Source of the DNA: the human T2T-CHM13v2.0 reference genome, Homo sapiens
DNA: 64,000 nucleotides
Strand: one strand, 5' to 3'
Assembly: GCF_009914755.1 (NCBI RefSeq)
Contig: NC_060929.1
Part shown: positions 12,501 through 26,924 of the stretch, piece by piece
How positions within the stretch are numbered: position 1 is the stretch's first letter
How the letters are laid out: each line of letters begins with the position of its first letter
Translations under genes and position numbers: made by a program
Notes under the pieces: generated by a model
The model's input: only the letters and a program-made list of their open reading frames with translations
Told to the model about the DNA's origin: nothing
The model's database searches: none

Positions 12501-15500
12501 GCTCTGCGATGTGTGCGTTCAACTCTCAGAGTTTAACTTTTCTTTTCATTCAGCAGTTTGGAAACACTCTGTTTGTAAAGTCTGCACGTGGATAATTTGA
12601 CCACTTAGAGGCCTTCGTTGGAAACGGGTTTTTTTCATGTAAGGCTAGACAGAAGAATTCTCAGTAACTTCCTTGTGTTGTGTGTATTCAACTCACAGAG
12701 TTGAACGATCCTTTACACAGAGCAGACTTGTAACACTCTTTTTGTGGAATTTGCAAGTGGAGATTTCAGCCGCTTTGAAGTCAAAGGTAGAAAAGGAAAT
12801 ATCTTCCTATAAAAACTAGACAGAATGATTCTCAGAAACTCCTTTGTGATGTGTGCGTTCAACTCACAGAGTTTAACCTTTCTTTTCATAGAGCAGTTAG
12901 GAAACACTCTGCTTGTAAAGTCTGCAAGTGGATATTCAGCCCTCTTTGAGGCCTTCGTTGGAAACGGGTTTTTTTCATATAAGGCTAGACAGAAGAATTC
13001 CCAGTAACTTCCTTGTGTTGTGTGTGTTCAACTCACAGAGTTGAACTTTGATTTACACAGAGCAGATTTGAAACACTCTTTTTGTGGAATTTGCAAGTGG
13101 AGATTTCAAGCGCTTTGAGGCCAAAGGCAGAAAAGGAAATATCTTCGTATAAAAACTAGACAGAATCATTCTCAGAAACTGCTCTGCGATGTGTGCGTTC
13201 AACTCTCAGAGTTTAACTTTTCTTTTCATTCAGCAGTTTGGAAACACTCTGTTTGTAAAGTCTGCACGTGGATATTTTGACCACTTAGAGGCCTTCGTTG
13301 GAAACGGGTTTTTTTCCTGTAAGGCTAGACAGAAGAATTCCCAGTAACTTCCTTGTGTTGTGTACATTCAACTCACAGAGTTGAACGTTCCCTTAGACAG
13401 AGCAGATTTGAAACACTCTTTTTGTGCAATTGGCAAGTGGAGATTTCAAGCGCTTTAAGGTCAATGGCAGAAAAGGAAATATCTTCGTTTCAAAACTAGA
13501 CAGAATCATTCCCACAAACTGCGTTGTGATGTGTTCGTTCATCTCACAGAGTTTAACCTATCTTTTCATAGAGCAGTTAGGAAACACTCTGTTTGTAAAT
13601 TCTGTAAGTGGATATTCTGACATCTTGTGGCCTTCGTTGGAAACGGGATTTCTTCATATTCTGCTAGACAGAAGAATTCTCAGAATCTTCCTTGTGTTGT
13701 GTGTATTCAACTCACACAGTTGAACGATGGTTTACACAGAGCAGATTTGAAACACTCTTTTTGTGGAATTTGCAAGTGGAGATTTCAGCCGCTTTGAGGT
13801 CAATGGTAGAAAAGGAAATATCTTCGTATAAAAACTAGACAGAATGATTCTCAGAAACTTCTTTGTGATGTGTGCGTTCAACTCACAGAGTTTAACCTTT
13901 CTTTTCATAGAGCAGTTAGGAAACACTCTGTTTGTAAACTCTGCAAGTGGATATTCAGACCTCTTTGAGGCCTTCGTTGGAAACGGGATTTCTTCATACT
14001 GTGCTAGACAGAAGAATTCTCAGTAACTTCCTTGTGTTGTGTGTATTCAACTCACAGAGTTGAACGATCCTTTACACAGAGCAGACTTGAAACACTCTTT
14101 TTGTGGAATTTGCAAGTGGAGATTTCAGCCGCGTTGAGGTCAATGGTAGAAAAGGAAATATCTTCGTATAAAAACTAGACAGAATGATTCTCAGAAACTC
14201 CTTTGAGATGTGTGTGTTCAACTCACAGAGTTTAACCTTTCTTTTCATAGAGCAGTTAGGAATCACTCTGTTTGTAAAGTCTGCAAGTGGATATTCAGAC
14301 CTCTTTGAGGCCTTCGTTGGAAACGGGTTTTTTTCATATAAGGCTAGACAGAAGAATTCCCAGTAACTTCCTTGTGTTGTGTGTGTTCAACTCACAGAGT
14401 TGAACTTTCATTTACACAGAGCAGATTTGAAACACTCTTTTTGTGGAATTTGCAAATGGAGATTTCAAGCGCTTTGAGGCCAAAGGCAGAAAAGGAAATA
14501 TCTTCGTATAAAAACTAGACAGAATCATTCTCAGAAACTGCTCTGCGATGTGTGCGTTCAACTCTCAGAGTTTAACTTTGCTTTTCATTCAGCAGTTTGG
14601 AAACACTCTGTTTGTAAAGTCTGCACGTGGATAATTTGACCACTTAGAGGCCTTCGTTGGAAACGGGTTTTTTTCATGTAAGGCTAGACAGAAGAATTCT
14701 CAGTAACTTCCTTGTGTTGTGTGTATTCAACTCACAGAGTTGAACGATCCTTTACACAGAGCAGACTTGTAACACTCTTTTTGTGGAATTTGCAAGTGGA
14801 GATTTCAGCCGCTTTGAAGTCAAAGGTAGAAAAGGAAATATCTTCCTATAAAAACTAGACAGAATGATTCTCAGAAACTCCTTTGTGATGTGTGCGTTCA
14901 ACTCACAGAGTTTAACCTTTCTTTTCATAGAGGAGTTAGGAAACACTCTGTTTGTAAAGTCTGCAAGTGGATATTCAGACCTCTTTGAGGCCTTCGTTGG
15001 AAACGGGTTTTTTTCATATAAGTCTAGACAGAAGAATTCCCAGTAACTTCCTTGTGTTGTGTGTGTTCAACTCACAGAGTTGAACTTTCATTTACACAGA
15101 GCAGATTTGAAACACTCTTTTTGTGGAATTTGCAAGTGGAGATTTCAAGCGCTTTGAGGCCAAAGGCAGAAAAGGAAATATCTTCGTATAAAAACTAGAC
15201 AGAATCATTCTCAGAAACTGCTCTGTGATGTGTACGTTCAACTCTCAGAGTTTAACTTTTCTTTTCATTCAGCAGTTTGGAAACACTCTGTTCGTAAAGT
15301 CTGCACGTGGATAATTTGACCACTTAGAGGCCTTCGTTGGAAACGGGTTTTTTTCATGTAAGGCTAGACAGAAGAGTTCTCAGTAACTTCCTTGTGTTGT
15401 GTGTATTCAACTCACACAGTTGAACGATCCTTTACACAGAGCAGACTTGTAACACTCTTTTTGTGGAATTTGCAAGTGGAGATTTCAGCCGCTTTGAAGT

Positions 15501-18500
15501 CAAAGTAGAAAAGGAAATATCTTCCTATAAAAACTAGACAGAATGATTCTCAGAAACTCCTTTGTGATGTGTGCGTTCAACTCACAGAGTTTAACCTTTC
15601 TTTTCATAGAGCAGTTAGGAAACACTCTGTTTGTAAAGTCTGCAAGTGGATATTCAGACCTCTTTGAGGCCTTCGTTGGAAACGGGTTTTTTTCATATAA
15701 GGCTAGACAGAAGAATTCCCAGTAACTTCCTTGTGTTGTGTGTGTTCAACTCACAGAGTTGAACTTTCATTTACACAGAGCAGATTTGAAACACTCTTTT
15801 TGTGGAATTTGCAGGTGGAGATTTCAAGCGGTTTGAGCCAAAGGCAGAAAAGGAAATATCTTCGTATAAAAACTAGACAGAATCATTCTCAGAAACTGCT
15901 CTGCGATGTGTGCGTTCAACTCTCAGAGTTTAACTTTTCTTTTCATTCAGCAGTTTGGAAACACTCTGTTTGTAAAGTCTGCACGTGGATAATTTGACCA
16001 CTTAGAGGCCTTCGTTGGAAACGGGTTTTTTTCATGTAAGGCTAGACAGAAGAATTCTCAGTAACTTCCTTGTGTTGTGTGTATTCAACTCACAGAGTTG
16101 AACGATCCTTTACACAGAGCAGACTTGTAACACTCTTTTTGTGGAATTTGCAAGTGGAGATTTCAGCCGCTTTGAAGTCAAAGGTAGAAAAGGAAATATC
16201 TTCCTATAAAAACTAGACAGAATGATTCTCAGAAACTCCTTTGTGATGTGTGCGTTCAACTCACAGAGTTTAACCTTTCTTTTCATAGAGCAGTTAGGAA
16301 ACACTCTGCTTGTAAAGTCTGCAAGTGGATATTCAGCCCTCTTTGAGGCCTTCGTTGGAAACGGGTTTTTTTCATATAAGGCTAGACAGAAGAATTCCCA
16401 GTAACTTCCTTGTGTTGTGTGTGTTCAACTCACAGAGTTGAACTTTGATTTACACAGAGCAGATTTGAAACACTCTTTTTGTGGAATTTGCAAGTGGAGA
16501 TTTCAAGCGCTTTGAGGCCAAAGGCAGAAAAGGAAATATCTTCGTATAAAAACTAGACAGAATCATTCTCAGAAACTGCTCTGCGATGTGTGCGTTCAAC
16601 TCTCAGAGTTTAACTTTTCTTTTCATTCAGCAGTTTGGAAACACTCTGTTTGTAAAGTCTGCACGTGGATATTTTGACCACTTAGAGGCCTTCGTTGGAA
16701 ACGGGTTTTTTTCCTGTAAGGCTAGACAGAAGAATTCCCAGTAACTTCCTTGTGTTGTGTACATTCAACTCACAGAGTTGAACGTTCCCTTAGACAGAGC
16801 AGATTTGAAACACTCTTTTTGTGCAATTGGCAAGTGGAGATTTCAAGCGCTTTAAGGTCAATGGCAGAAAAGGAAATATCTTCGTTTCAAAACTAGACAG
16901 AATCATTCCCACAAACTGCGTTGTGATGTGTTCGTTCATCTCACAGAGTTTAACCTATCTTTTCATAGAGCAGTTAGGAAACACTCTGTTTGTAAATTCT
17001 GTAAGTGGATATTCTGACATCTTGTGGCCTTCGTTGGAAACGGGATTTCTTCATATTCTGCTAGACAGAAGAATTCTCAGAATCTTCCTTGTGTTGTGTG
17101 TATTCAACTCACACAGTTGAACGATGGTTTACACAGAGCAGATTTGAAACACTCTTTTTGTGGAATTTGCAAGTGGAGATTTCAGCCGCTTTGAGGTCAA
17201 TGGTAGAAAAGGAAATATCTTCGTATAAAAACTAGACAGAATGATTCTCAGAAACTTCTTTGTGATGTGTGCGTTCAACTCACAGAGTTTAACCTTTCTT
17301 TTCATAGAGCAGTTAGGAAACACTCTGTTTGTAAACTCTGCAAGTGGATATTCAGACCTCTTTGAGGCCTTCGTTGGAAACGGGATTTCTTCATACTGTG
17401 CTAGACAGAAGAATTCTCAGTAACTTCCTTGTGTTGTGTGTATTCAACTCACAGAGTTGAACGATCCTTTACACAGAGCAGACTTGAAACACTCTTTTTG
17501 TGGAATTTGCAAGTGGAGATTTCAGCCGCGTTGAGGTCAATGGTAGAAAAGGAAATATCTTCGTATAAAAACTAGACAGAATGATTCTCAGAAACTCCTT
17601 TGAGATGTGTGTGTTCAACTCACAGAGTTTAACCTTTCTTTTCATAGAGCAGTTAGGAATCACTCTGTTTGTAAAGTCTGCAAGTGGATATTCAGACCTC
17701 TTTGAGGCCTTCGTTGGAAACGGGTTTTTTTCATATAAGGCTAGACAGAAGAATTCCCAGTAACTTCCTTGTGTTGTGTGTGTTCAACTCACAGAGTTGA
17801 ACTTTCATTTACACAGAGCAGATTTGAAACACTCTTTTTGTGGAATTTGCAAATGGAGATTTCAAGCGCTTTGAGGCCAAAGGCAGAAAAGGAAATATCT
17901 TCGTATAAAAACTAGACAGAATCATTCTCAGAAACTGCTCTGCGATGTGTGCGTTCAACTCTCAGAGTTTAACTTTGCTTTTCATTCAGCAGTTTGGAAA
18001 CACTCTGTTTGTAAAGTCTGCACGTGGATAATTTGACCACTTAGAGGCCTTCGTTGGAAACGGGTTTTTTTCATGTAAGGCTAGACAGAAGAATTCTCAG
18101 TAACTTCCTTGTGTTGTGTGTATTCAACTCACACAGTTGAACGATCCTTTACACAGAGCAGACTTGTAACACTCTTTTTGTGGAATTTGCAAGTGGAGAT
18201 TTCAGCCGCTTTGAAGTCAAATGTAGAAAAGGAAATATCTTCCTATAAAAACTAGACAGAATGATTCTCAGAAACTCCTTTGTGATGTGTGCGTTCAACT
18301 CACAGAGTTTAACCTTTCTTTTCATAGAGCAGTTAGGAAACACTCTGTTTGTAAAGTCTGCAAGTGGATATTCAGACCTCTTTGAGGCCTTCGTTGGAAA
18401 CGGGTTTTTTTCATATAAGGCTAGACAGAAGAATTCCCAGTAACTTCCTTGTGTTGTGTGTGTTCAACTCACAGAGTTGAACTTTCATTTACACAGAGCA

Positions 18501-21500
18501 GATTTGAAACACTCTTTTTGTGGAATTTGCAAGTGGAGATTTCAAGCGCTTTGAGGCCAAAGGCAGAAAAGGAAATATCTTCGTATAAAAACTAGACAGA
18601 ATCATTCTCAGAAACTGCTCTGCGATGTGTGCGTTCAACTCTCAGAGTTTAACTTTTCTTTTCATTCAGCAGTTTGGAAACACTCTGTTTGTAAAGTCTG
18701 CACGTGGATAATTTGACCACTTAGAGGCCTTCGTTGGAAACGGGTTTTTTTCATGTAAGGCTAGACAGAAGAGTTCTCAGTAACTTCCTTGTGTTGTGTG
18801 TATTCAACTCACACAGTTGAACGATCCTTTACACAGAGCAGACTTGTAACACTCTTTTTGTGGAATTTGCAAGTGGAGATTTCAGCCGCTTTGAAGTCAA
18901 AGTAGAAAAGGAAATATCTTCCTATAAAAACTAGACAGAATGATTCTCAGAAACTCCTTTGTGATGTGTGCGTTCAACTCACAGAGTTTAACCTTTCTTT
19001 TCATAGAGCAGTTAGGAAACACTCTGTTTGTAAAGTCTGCAAGTGGATATTCAGACCTCTTTGAGGCCTTCGTTGGAAACGGGTTTTTTTCATATAAGGC
19101 TAGACAGAAGAATTCCCAGTAACTTCCTTGTGTTGTGTGTGTTCAACTCACAGAGTTGAACTTTCATTTACACAGAGCAGATTTGAAACACTCTTTTTGT
19201 GGAATTTGCAGGTGGAGATTTCAAGCGCTTTGAGGCCAAAGGCAGAAAAGGAAATATCTTCGTATAAAAACTAGACAGAATCATTCTCAGAAACTGCTCT
19301 GCGATGTGTGCGTTCAACTCTCAGAGTTTAACTTTTCTTTTCATTCAGCAGTTTGGAAACACTCTGTTTGTAAAGTCTGCACGTGGATAATTTGACCACT
19401 TAGAGGCCTTCGTTGGAAACGGGTTTTTTTCATGTAAGGCTAGACAGAAGAATTCTCAGTAACTTCCTTGTGTTGTGTGTATTCAACTCACAGAGTTGAA
19501 CGATCCTTTACACAGAGCAGACTTGTAATACTCTTTTTGTGGAATTTGCAAGTGGAGATTTCAGCCGCTTTGAAGTCAAAGGTAGAAAAGGAAATATCTT
19601 CCTATAAAAACTAGACAGAATGATTCTCAGAAACTCCTTTGTGATGTGTGCGTTCAACTCACAGAGTTTAACCTTTCTTTTCATAGAGCAGTTAGGAAAC
19701 ACTCTGCTTGTAAAGTCTGCAAGTGGATATTCAGCCCTCTTTGAGGCCTTCGTTGGAAACGGGTTTTTTTCATATAAGGCTAGACAGAAGAATTCCCAGT
19801 AACTTCCTTGTGTTGTGTGTGTTCAACTCACAGAGTTGAACTTTGATTTACACAGAGCAGATTTGAAACACTCTTTTTGTGGAATTTGCAAGTGGAGATT
19901 TCAAGCGCTTTGAGGCCAAAGGCAGAAAAGGAAATATCTTCGTATAAAAACTAGACAGAATCATTCTCAGAAACTGCTCTGCGATGTGTGCGTTCAACTC
20001 TCAGAGTTTAACTTTTCTTTTCATTCAGCAGTTTGGAAACACTCTGTTTGTAAAGTCTGCACGTGGATATTTTGACCACTTAGAGGCCTTCGTTGGAAAC
20101 GGGTTTTTTCCCTGTAAGGCTAGACAGAAGAATTCCCAGTAACTTCCTTGTGTTGTGTACATTCAACTCACAGAGTTGAACGTTCCCTTAGACAGAGCAG
20201 ATTTGAAACACTCTTTTTGTGCAATTGGCAAGTGGAGATTTCAAGCGCTTTAAGGTCAATGGCAGAAAAGGAAATATCTTCGTTTCAAAACTAGACAGAA
20301 TCATTCCCACAAACTGAGTTGTGATGTGTTCGTTCATCTCACAGAGTTTAACCTTTCTTTTCATAGAGCAGTTAGGAAACACTCTGTTTGTAAATTCTGT
20401 AAGTGGATATTCTGACATCTTGTGGCCTTCGTTGGAAACGGGATTTCTTCATATTCTGCTAGACAGAAGAATTCTCAGAAACTTCCTTGTGTTGTGTGTA
20501 TTCAACTCACACAGTTGAACGATGGTTTACACAGAGCAGATTTGAAACACTCTTTTTGTGGAATTTGCAAGTGGAGATTTCAGCCGCTTTGAGGTCAATG
20601 GTAGAAAAGGAAATATCTTCGTATAAAAACTAGACAGAATGATTCTCAGAAACTTCTTTGTGATGTGTGCGTTCAACTCAGAGAGTTTAACCTTTCTTTT
20701 CATAGAGCAGTTAGGAAACACTCTGTTTGTAAACTCTGCAAGTGGATATTCAGACCTCTTTGAGGCCTTCGTTGGAAACGGGATTTCTTCATACTGTGCT
20801 ACACAGAAGAATTCTCAGTAACTTCCTTGTGTTGTGTGTATTCAACTCACAGAGTTGAACGATCCTTTACACAGAGCAGACTTGAAACACTCTTTTTGTG
20901 GAATTTGCAAGTGGAGATTTCAGCCGCGTTGAGGTCAATGTTAGAAAAGGAAATATCTTCGTATAAAAACTAGACAGAATGATTCTCAGAAACTCCTTTG
21001 AGATGTGTGTGTTCAACTCACAGAGTTTAACCTTTCTTTTCATAGAGCAGTTAGGAATCACTCTGTTTGTAAAGTCTGCAAGTGGATATTCAGACCTCTT
21101 TGAGGCCTTCGTTGGAAACGGGTTTTTTTCATATAAGGCTAGACAGAAGAATTCCCAGTAACTTCCTTGTGTTGTGTGTGTTCAACTCACAGAGTTGAAC
21201 TTTCATTTACACAGAGCAGATTTGAAACACTCTTTTTGTGGAATTTGCAAATGGAGATTTCAAGCGCTTTGAGGCCAAAGGCAGAAAAGGAAATATCTTC
21301 GTATAAAAACTAGACAGAATCATTCTCAGAAACTGCTCTGCGATGTGTGCGTTCAACTCTCAGAGTTTAACTTTGCTTTTCATTCAGCAGTTTGGAAACA
21401 CTCTGTTTGTAAAGTCTGCACGTGGATAATTTGACCACTTAGAGGCCTTCGTTGGAAACGGGTTTTTTTCATGTAAGGCTAGACAGAAGAATTCTCAGTA

Positions 21501-24500
21501 ACTTCCTTGTGTTGTGTGTATTCAACTCACACAGTTGAACGATCCTTTACACAGAGCAGACTTGTAACACTCTTTTTGTGGAATTTGCAAGTGGAGATTT
21601 CAGCCGCTTTGAAGTCAAATGTAGAAAAGGAAATATCTTCCTATAAAAACTAGACAGAATGATTCTCAGAAACTCCTTTGTGATGTGTGCGTTCAACTCA
21701 CAGAGTTTAACCTTTCTTTTCATAGAGCAGTTAGGAAACACTCTGTTTGTAAAGTCTGCAAGTGGATATTCAGACCTCTTTGAGGCCTTCGTTGGAAACG
21801 GGTTTTTTTCATATAAGGCTAGACAGAAGAATTCCCAGTAACTTCCTTGTGTTGTGTGTGTTCAACTCACAGAGTTGAACTTTCATTTACACAGAGCAGA
21901 TTTGAAACACTCTTTTTGTGGAATTTGCAAGTGGAGATTTCAAGCGCTTTGAGGCCAAAGGCAGAAAAGGAAATATCTTCGTATAAAAACTAGACAGAAT
22001 CATTCTCAGAAACTGCTCTGTGATGTGTGCGTTCAACTCTCAGAGTTTAACTTTTCTTTTCATTCAGCAGTTTGGAAACACTCTGTTTGTAAAGTCTGCA
22101 CGTGGATAATTTGACCACTTAGAGGCCTTCGTTGGAAACGGGTTTTTTTCATGTAAGGCTAGACAGAAGAGTTCTCAGTAACTTCCTTGTGTTGTGTGTA
22201 TTCAACTCACACAGTTGAACGATCCTTTACACAGAGCAGACTTGAAACACTCTTTTTGTGGAATTTGCAAGTGGAGATTTCAGCCGCTTTGAAGTCAAAG
22301 TAGAAAAGGAAATATCTTCCTATAAAAACTAGACAGAATGATTCTCAGAAACTCCTTTGTGATGTGTGCGTTCAACTCACAGAGTTTAACCTTTCTTTTC
22401 ATAGAGCAGTTAGGAAACACTCTGTTTGTAAAGTCTGCAAGTGGATATTCAGACCTCTTTGAGGCCTTCGTTGGAAACGGGTTTTTTTCATATAAGGCTA
22501 GACAGAAGAATTCCCAGTAACTTCCTTGTGTTGTGTGTGTTCAACTCACAGAGTTGAACTTTCATTTACAAAGAGCAGATTTGAAACACTCTTTTTGTGG
22601 AATTTGCAAGTGGAGATTTCAAGCGCTTTGAGGCCAAAGGCAGAAAAGGAAATATCTTCGTATAAAAACTAGACAGAATCATTCTCAGAAACTGCTCTGC
22701 GATGTGTGCGTTCAACTCTCAGAGTTTAACTTTTCTTTTCATTCAGCAGTTTGGAAACACTCTGTTTGTAAAGTCTGCACGTGGATAATTTGACCACTTA
22801 GAGGCCTTCGTTGGAAACGGGTTTTTTTCATGTAAGGCTAGATAGAAGAATTCTCAGTAACTTCCTTGTGTTGTGTGTATTCAACTCACAGAGTTGAACG
22901 ATCCTTTACACAGAGCAGACTTGTAACACTCTTTTTGTGGAATTTGCAAGTGGAGATTTCAGCCGCTTTGAAGTCAAAGGTAGAAAAGGAAATATCTTCT
23001 TATAAAAACTAGACAGAATGATTCTCAGAAACTCCTTTGTGATGTGTGCGTTCATCTCACAGAGTTTAACCTTTCTTTTCATAGAGCAGTTAGGAAACAC
23101 TCTGCTTCTAAAGTATGCAAGTGGATATTTAGCCCTCTTTGAGGCCTTCGTTGGAAACGGGTTTTTTTCATATAAGGCTAGACAGAAGAATTCCCAGTAA
23201 CTTCCTTGTGTTGTGTGTGTTCAACTCACAGAGTTGAACTTTCATTTACACAGAGCAGATTTGAAATACTCTTTTTGTGGAATTTGCAAGTGGAGATTTC
23301 AAGCGCTTTGAGGCCAAAGGCAGAAAAGGAAATATCTTCGTATAAAAACTAGACAGAATCATTCTCAGAAACTGCTCTGCGATGTGTGCGTTCAACTCTC
23401 AGAGTTTAACTTTTCTTTTCATTCAGCAGTTTGGAAACACTCTGTTTGTAAAGTCTGCACGTGGATATTTTGACCACTTAGAGGCCTTCGTTGGAAACGG
23501 GTTTTTTTCCTGTAAGGCTAGACAGAAGAATTCCCAGTAACTTCCTTGTGTTGTGTACATTCAACTCACAGAGTTGAACGTTCCCTTAGACAGAGCAGAT
23601 TTGAAACACTCTTTTTGTGCAATTGGCAAGTGGAGATTTCAAGCGCTTTAAGGTCAATGGCAGAAAAGGAAATATCTTCGTTTCAAAACTAGACAGAATC
23701 ATTCCCACAAACTGCGTTGTGATGTGTTCGTTCATCTCACAGAGTTTAACCTTTCTTTTCATAGAGCAGTTAGGAAACAGTCTGTTTGTAAATTCTGTAA
23801 GTGGATATTCTGACATCTTGTGGCCTTCGTTGGAAACGGGATTTCTTCATATTCTGCTAGACAGAAGAATTCTCAGAATCTTCCTTGTGTTGTGTGTATT
23901 CAACTCACAGAGTTGAACGATGGTTTACACAGAGCAGATTTGAAACACTCTTTTTGTGGAATTTGCAAGTGGAGATTTCAGCCGCTTTGAGGTCAATGGT
24001 AGAAAAGGAAATATCTTCGTATAAAAACTAGACAGAATGATTCTCAGAAACTTCTTTGTGATGTGTGCGTTCAACTCACAGAGTTTAACCTTTCTTTTCA
24101 TAGAGCAGTTAGGAAACACTCTGTTTGTAAACTCTGCAAGTGGATATTCAGACCTCTTTGAGGCCTTCGTTGGAAACGGGATTTCTTCATACTGTGCTAG
24201 ACAGAAGAATTCTCAGTAACTTCCTTGTGTTGTGTGTATTCAACTCACAGAGTTGACCGATCCTTTACACAGAGCAGACTTGTAACACTCTTTTTGTGGA
24301 ATTTGCAAGTGGAGATTTCAGCCGCTTTGAAGTCAAAGGTAGAAAAGGGAATATCTTCCTATAAAAACTAGACAGAATGATTCTCAGAAACTCCTTTGTG
24401 ATGTGTGCGTTCAACTCACAGAGTTTAACCTTTCTTTTCATAGAGCAGTTAGGAAACACTCTGTTTCTAAAGTCTGCAAGTGGATATTCAGACCTCTTTG

Positions 24501-26924
24501 AGGCCTTCGTTGGAAACGGGTTTTTTTCATATAAGGCTAGAGAGAAGAATTCCCAGTAACTTCCTTGTGTTGTGTGTGTTCAACTCACAGAGTTGAACTT
24601 TCATTTACACAGAGCAGATTTGAAACACTCTTTTTGTGGAATTTGCAAGTGGAGATTTCAAGCGCTGTGAGGCCAAAGGCAGAAAAGGAAATATCTTCGT
24701 ATAAAAACTAGACAGAATCATTCTCAGAAACTGCTCTGCGATGTGTGCGTTCAACTCTCAGAGTTTAACTTTTCTTTTCATTCAGCAGTTTGGAAACACT
24801 CTGTTTGTAAAGTCTGCACGTGGATAATTTGACCACTTAGAGGCCTTCGTTGGAAACGGGTTTTTTTATGTAAGGCTAGACAGAAGAATTCTCAGTAACT
24901 TCCTTGTGTTGTGTGTATTCAACTCACACAGTTGAACGATCCTTTACACAGAGCAGACTTGTAACACTCTTTTTGTGGAATTTGCAAGTGGAGATTTCAG
25001 CCGCTTTGAAGTCAAATGTAGAAAAGGAAATATCTTCCTATAAAAACTAGACAGAATGATTCTCAGAAACTCCTTTGTGATGTGTGCGTTCAACTCACAG
25101 AGTTTAACCTTTCTTTTCATAGAGCAGTTAGGAAACACTCTGTTTGTAAAGTCTGCAAGTGGATATTCAGACCTCTTTGAGGCCTTCGTTGGAAACGGGT
25201 TTTTTTCATGTAACGCTAGACAGAAGAATTCCCAGTAACTTCCTTGTGTTGTGTGTGTTCAACTCACAGAGTTGAACTTTCATTTACACAGAGCAGATTT
25301 GAAACACTCTTTTTGTGGAATTTGCAAGTGGAGATTTCAAGCGCTTTGAGGCCAAAGGCAGAAAAGGAAATATCTTCGTATAAAAACTAGACAGAATCAT
25401 TCTCAGAAACTGCTCTGTGATGTGTGCGTTCAACTCTCAGAGTTTAACTTTTCTTTTCATTCAGCAGTTTGGAAACACTCTGTTTGTAAAGTCTGCACGT
25501 GGATAATTTGACCACTTAGAGGCCTTCGTTGGAAACGGGTTTTTTTCATGTAAGGCTAGACAGAAGAGTTCTCAGTAACTTCCTTGTGTTGTGTGTATTC
25601 AACTCACACAGTTGAACGATCCTTTACAGAGAGCAGACTTGTAACACTCTTTTTGTGGAATTTGCAAGTGGAGATTTCAGCCGCTTTGAAGTTAAAGTAG
25701 AAAAGGAAATATCTTCCTATAAAAACTAGACAGAATGATTCTCAGAAACTCCTTTGTGATGTGTGCATTCAACTCACAGAGTTTAACCTTTCTTTTCATA
25801 GAGCAGTTAGGAAACACTCTGTTTGTAAAGTCTGCAAGTGGATATTCAGACCTCTTTGAGGCCTTCGTTGGAAACGGGTTTTTTTCATATAAGGCTAGAC
25901 AGAAGAATTCCCAGTAACTTCCTTGTGTTGTGTGTGTTCAACTCACAGAGTTGAACTTTCATTTACACAGAGCAGATTTGAAACACTCTTTTTGTGGAAT
26001 TTGCAGGTGGAGATTTCAAGCGCTTTGAGGCCAAAGGCAGAAAAGGAAATATCTTCGTATAAAAACTAGACAGAATCATTCTCAGAAACTGCTCTGCGAT
26101 GTGTGCGTTCAACTCTCAGAGTTTAACTTTTCTTTTCATTCAGCAGTTTGGAAACACTCTGTTTGTAAAGTCTGCACGTGGATAATTTGACCACTTAGAG
26201 GCCTTCGTTGGAAACGGGTTTTTTTCCTGTAAGGCTAGACAGAAGAATTCTCAGTAACTTCCTTGTGTTGTGTGTATTCAACTCACAGAGTTGAACGATC
26301 CTTCACACAGAGCAGACTTGGAAAACTCTTTTTGTGGAATTTGCAAGTGGAGATTTCAGCCGCTTTGAAGTCAAAGGTAGAAAAGGAAATATATTCCTAT
26401 AAAAAGTAGACAGAATGATTCTCAGAAACTCCTTTGTGATGTGTGCGTTCAACTCACAGAGTTTAACCTTTCTTTTCATAGAGCAGTTAGGAAACACTCT
26501 GCTTGTAAAGTCTGCAAGTGGATATTCAGCCCTCTTTGAGGCCTTCGTTGGAAACGGGTTTTTTTCATATAAGGCTAGACAGAAGAATTCCCAGTAACTT
26601 CCTTGTGTTGTGTGTGTTCAACTCACAGAGTTGAACTTTGATTTACACAGAGCAGATTTGAAACACTCTTTTTGTGGAATTTGCAAGTAGAGATTTCAAG
26701 CGCTTTGAGGCCAAAGGCAGAAAAGGAAATATCTTCGTATAAAAACTAGACAGAATCATTCTCAGAAACTGCTCTGCGATGTGTGCGTTCAACTCTCAGA
26801 GTTTAACTTTTCTTTTCATTCAGCAGTTTGGAAACACTCTGTTTGTAAAGTCTGCACGTGGATATTTTGACCACTTAGAGGCCTTCGTTGGAAACGGGTT
26901 TTTTTCCTGTAAGGCTAGACAGAA
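6540..26924 (+). repeat. Six tandem 20-monomer HORs (3397-3398 bp), consensus R-S-T-Q-P-Q-P'-Q-P''-Q''
   Basis: R dimers start at 6540, 9937, 13335, 16732, 20130, 23528 and 26925. The four central units are canonical. The first has P'-P'-P''; the last has P in place of T. Confidence 0.9.
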
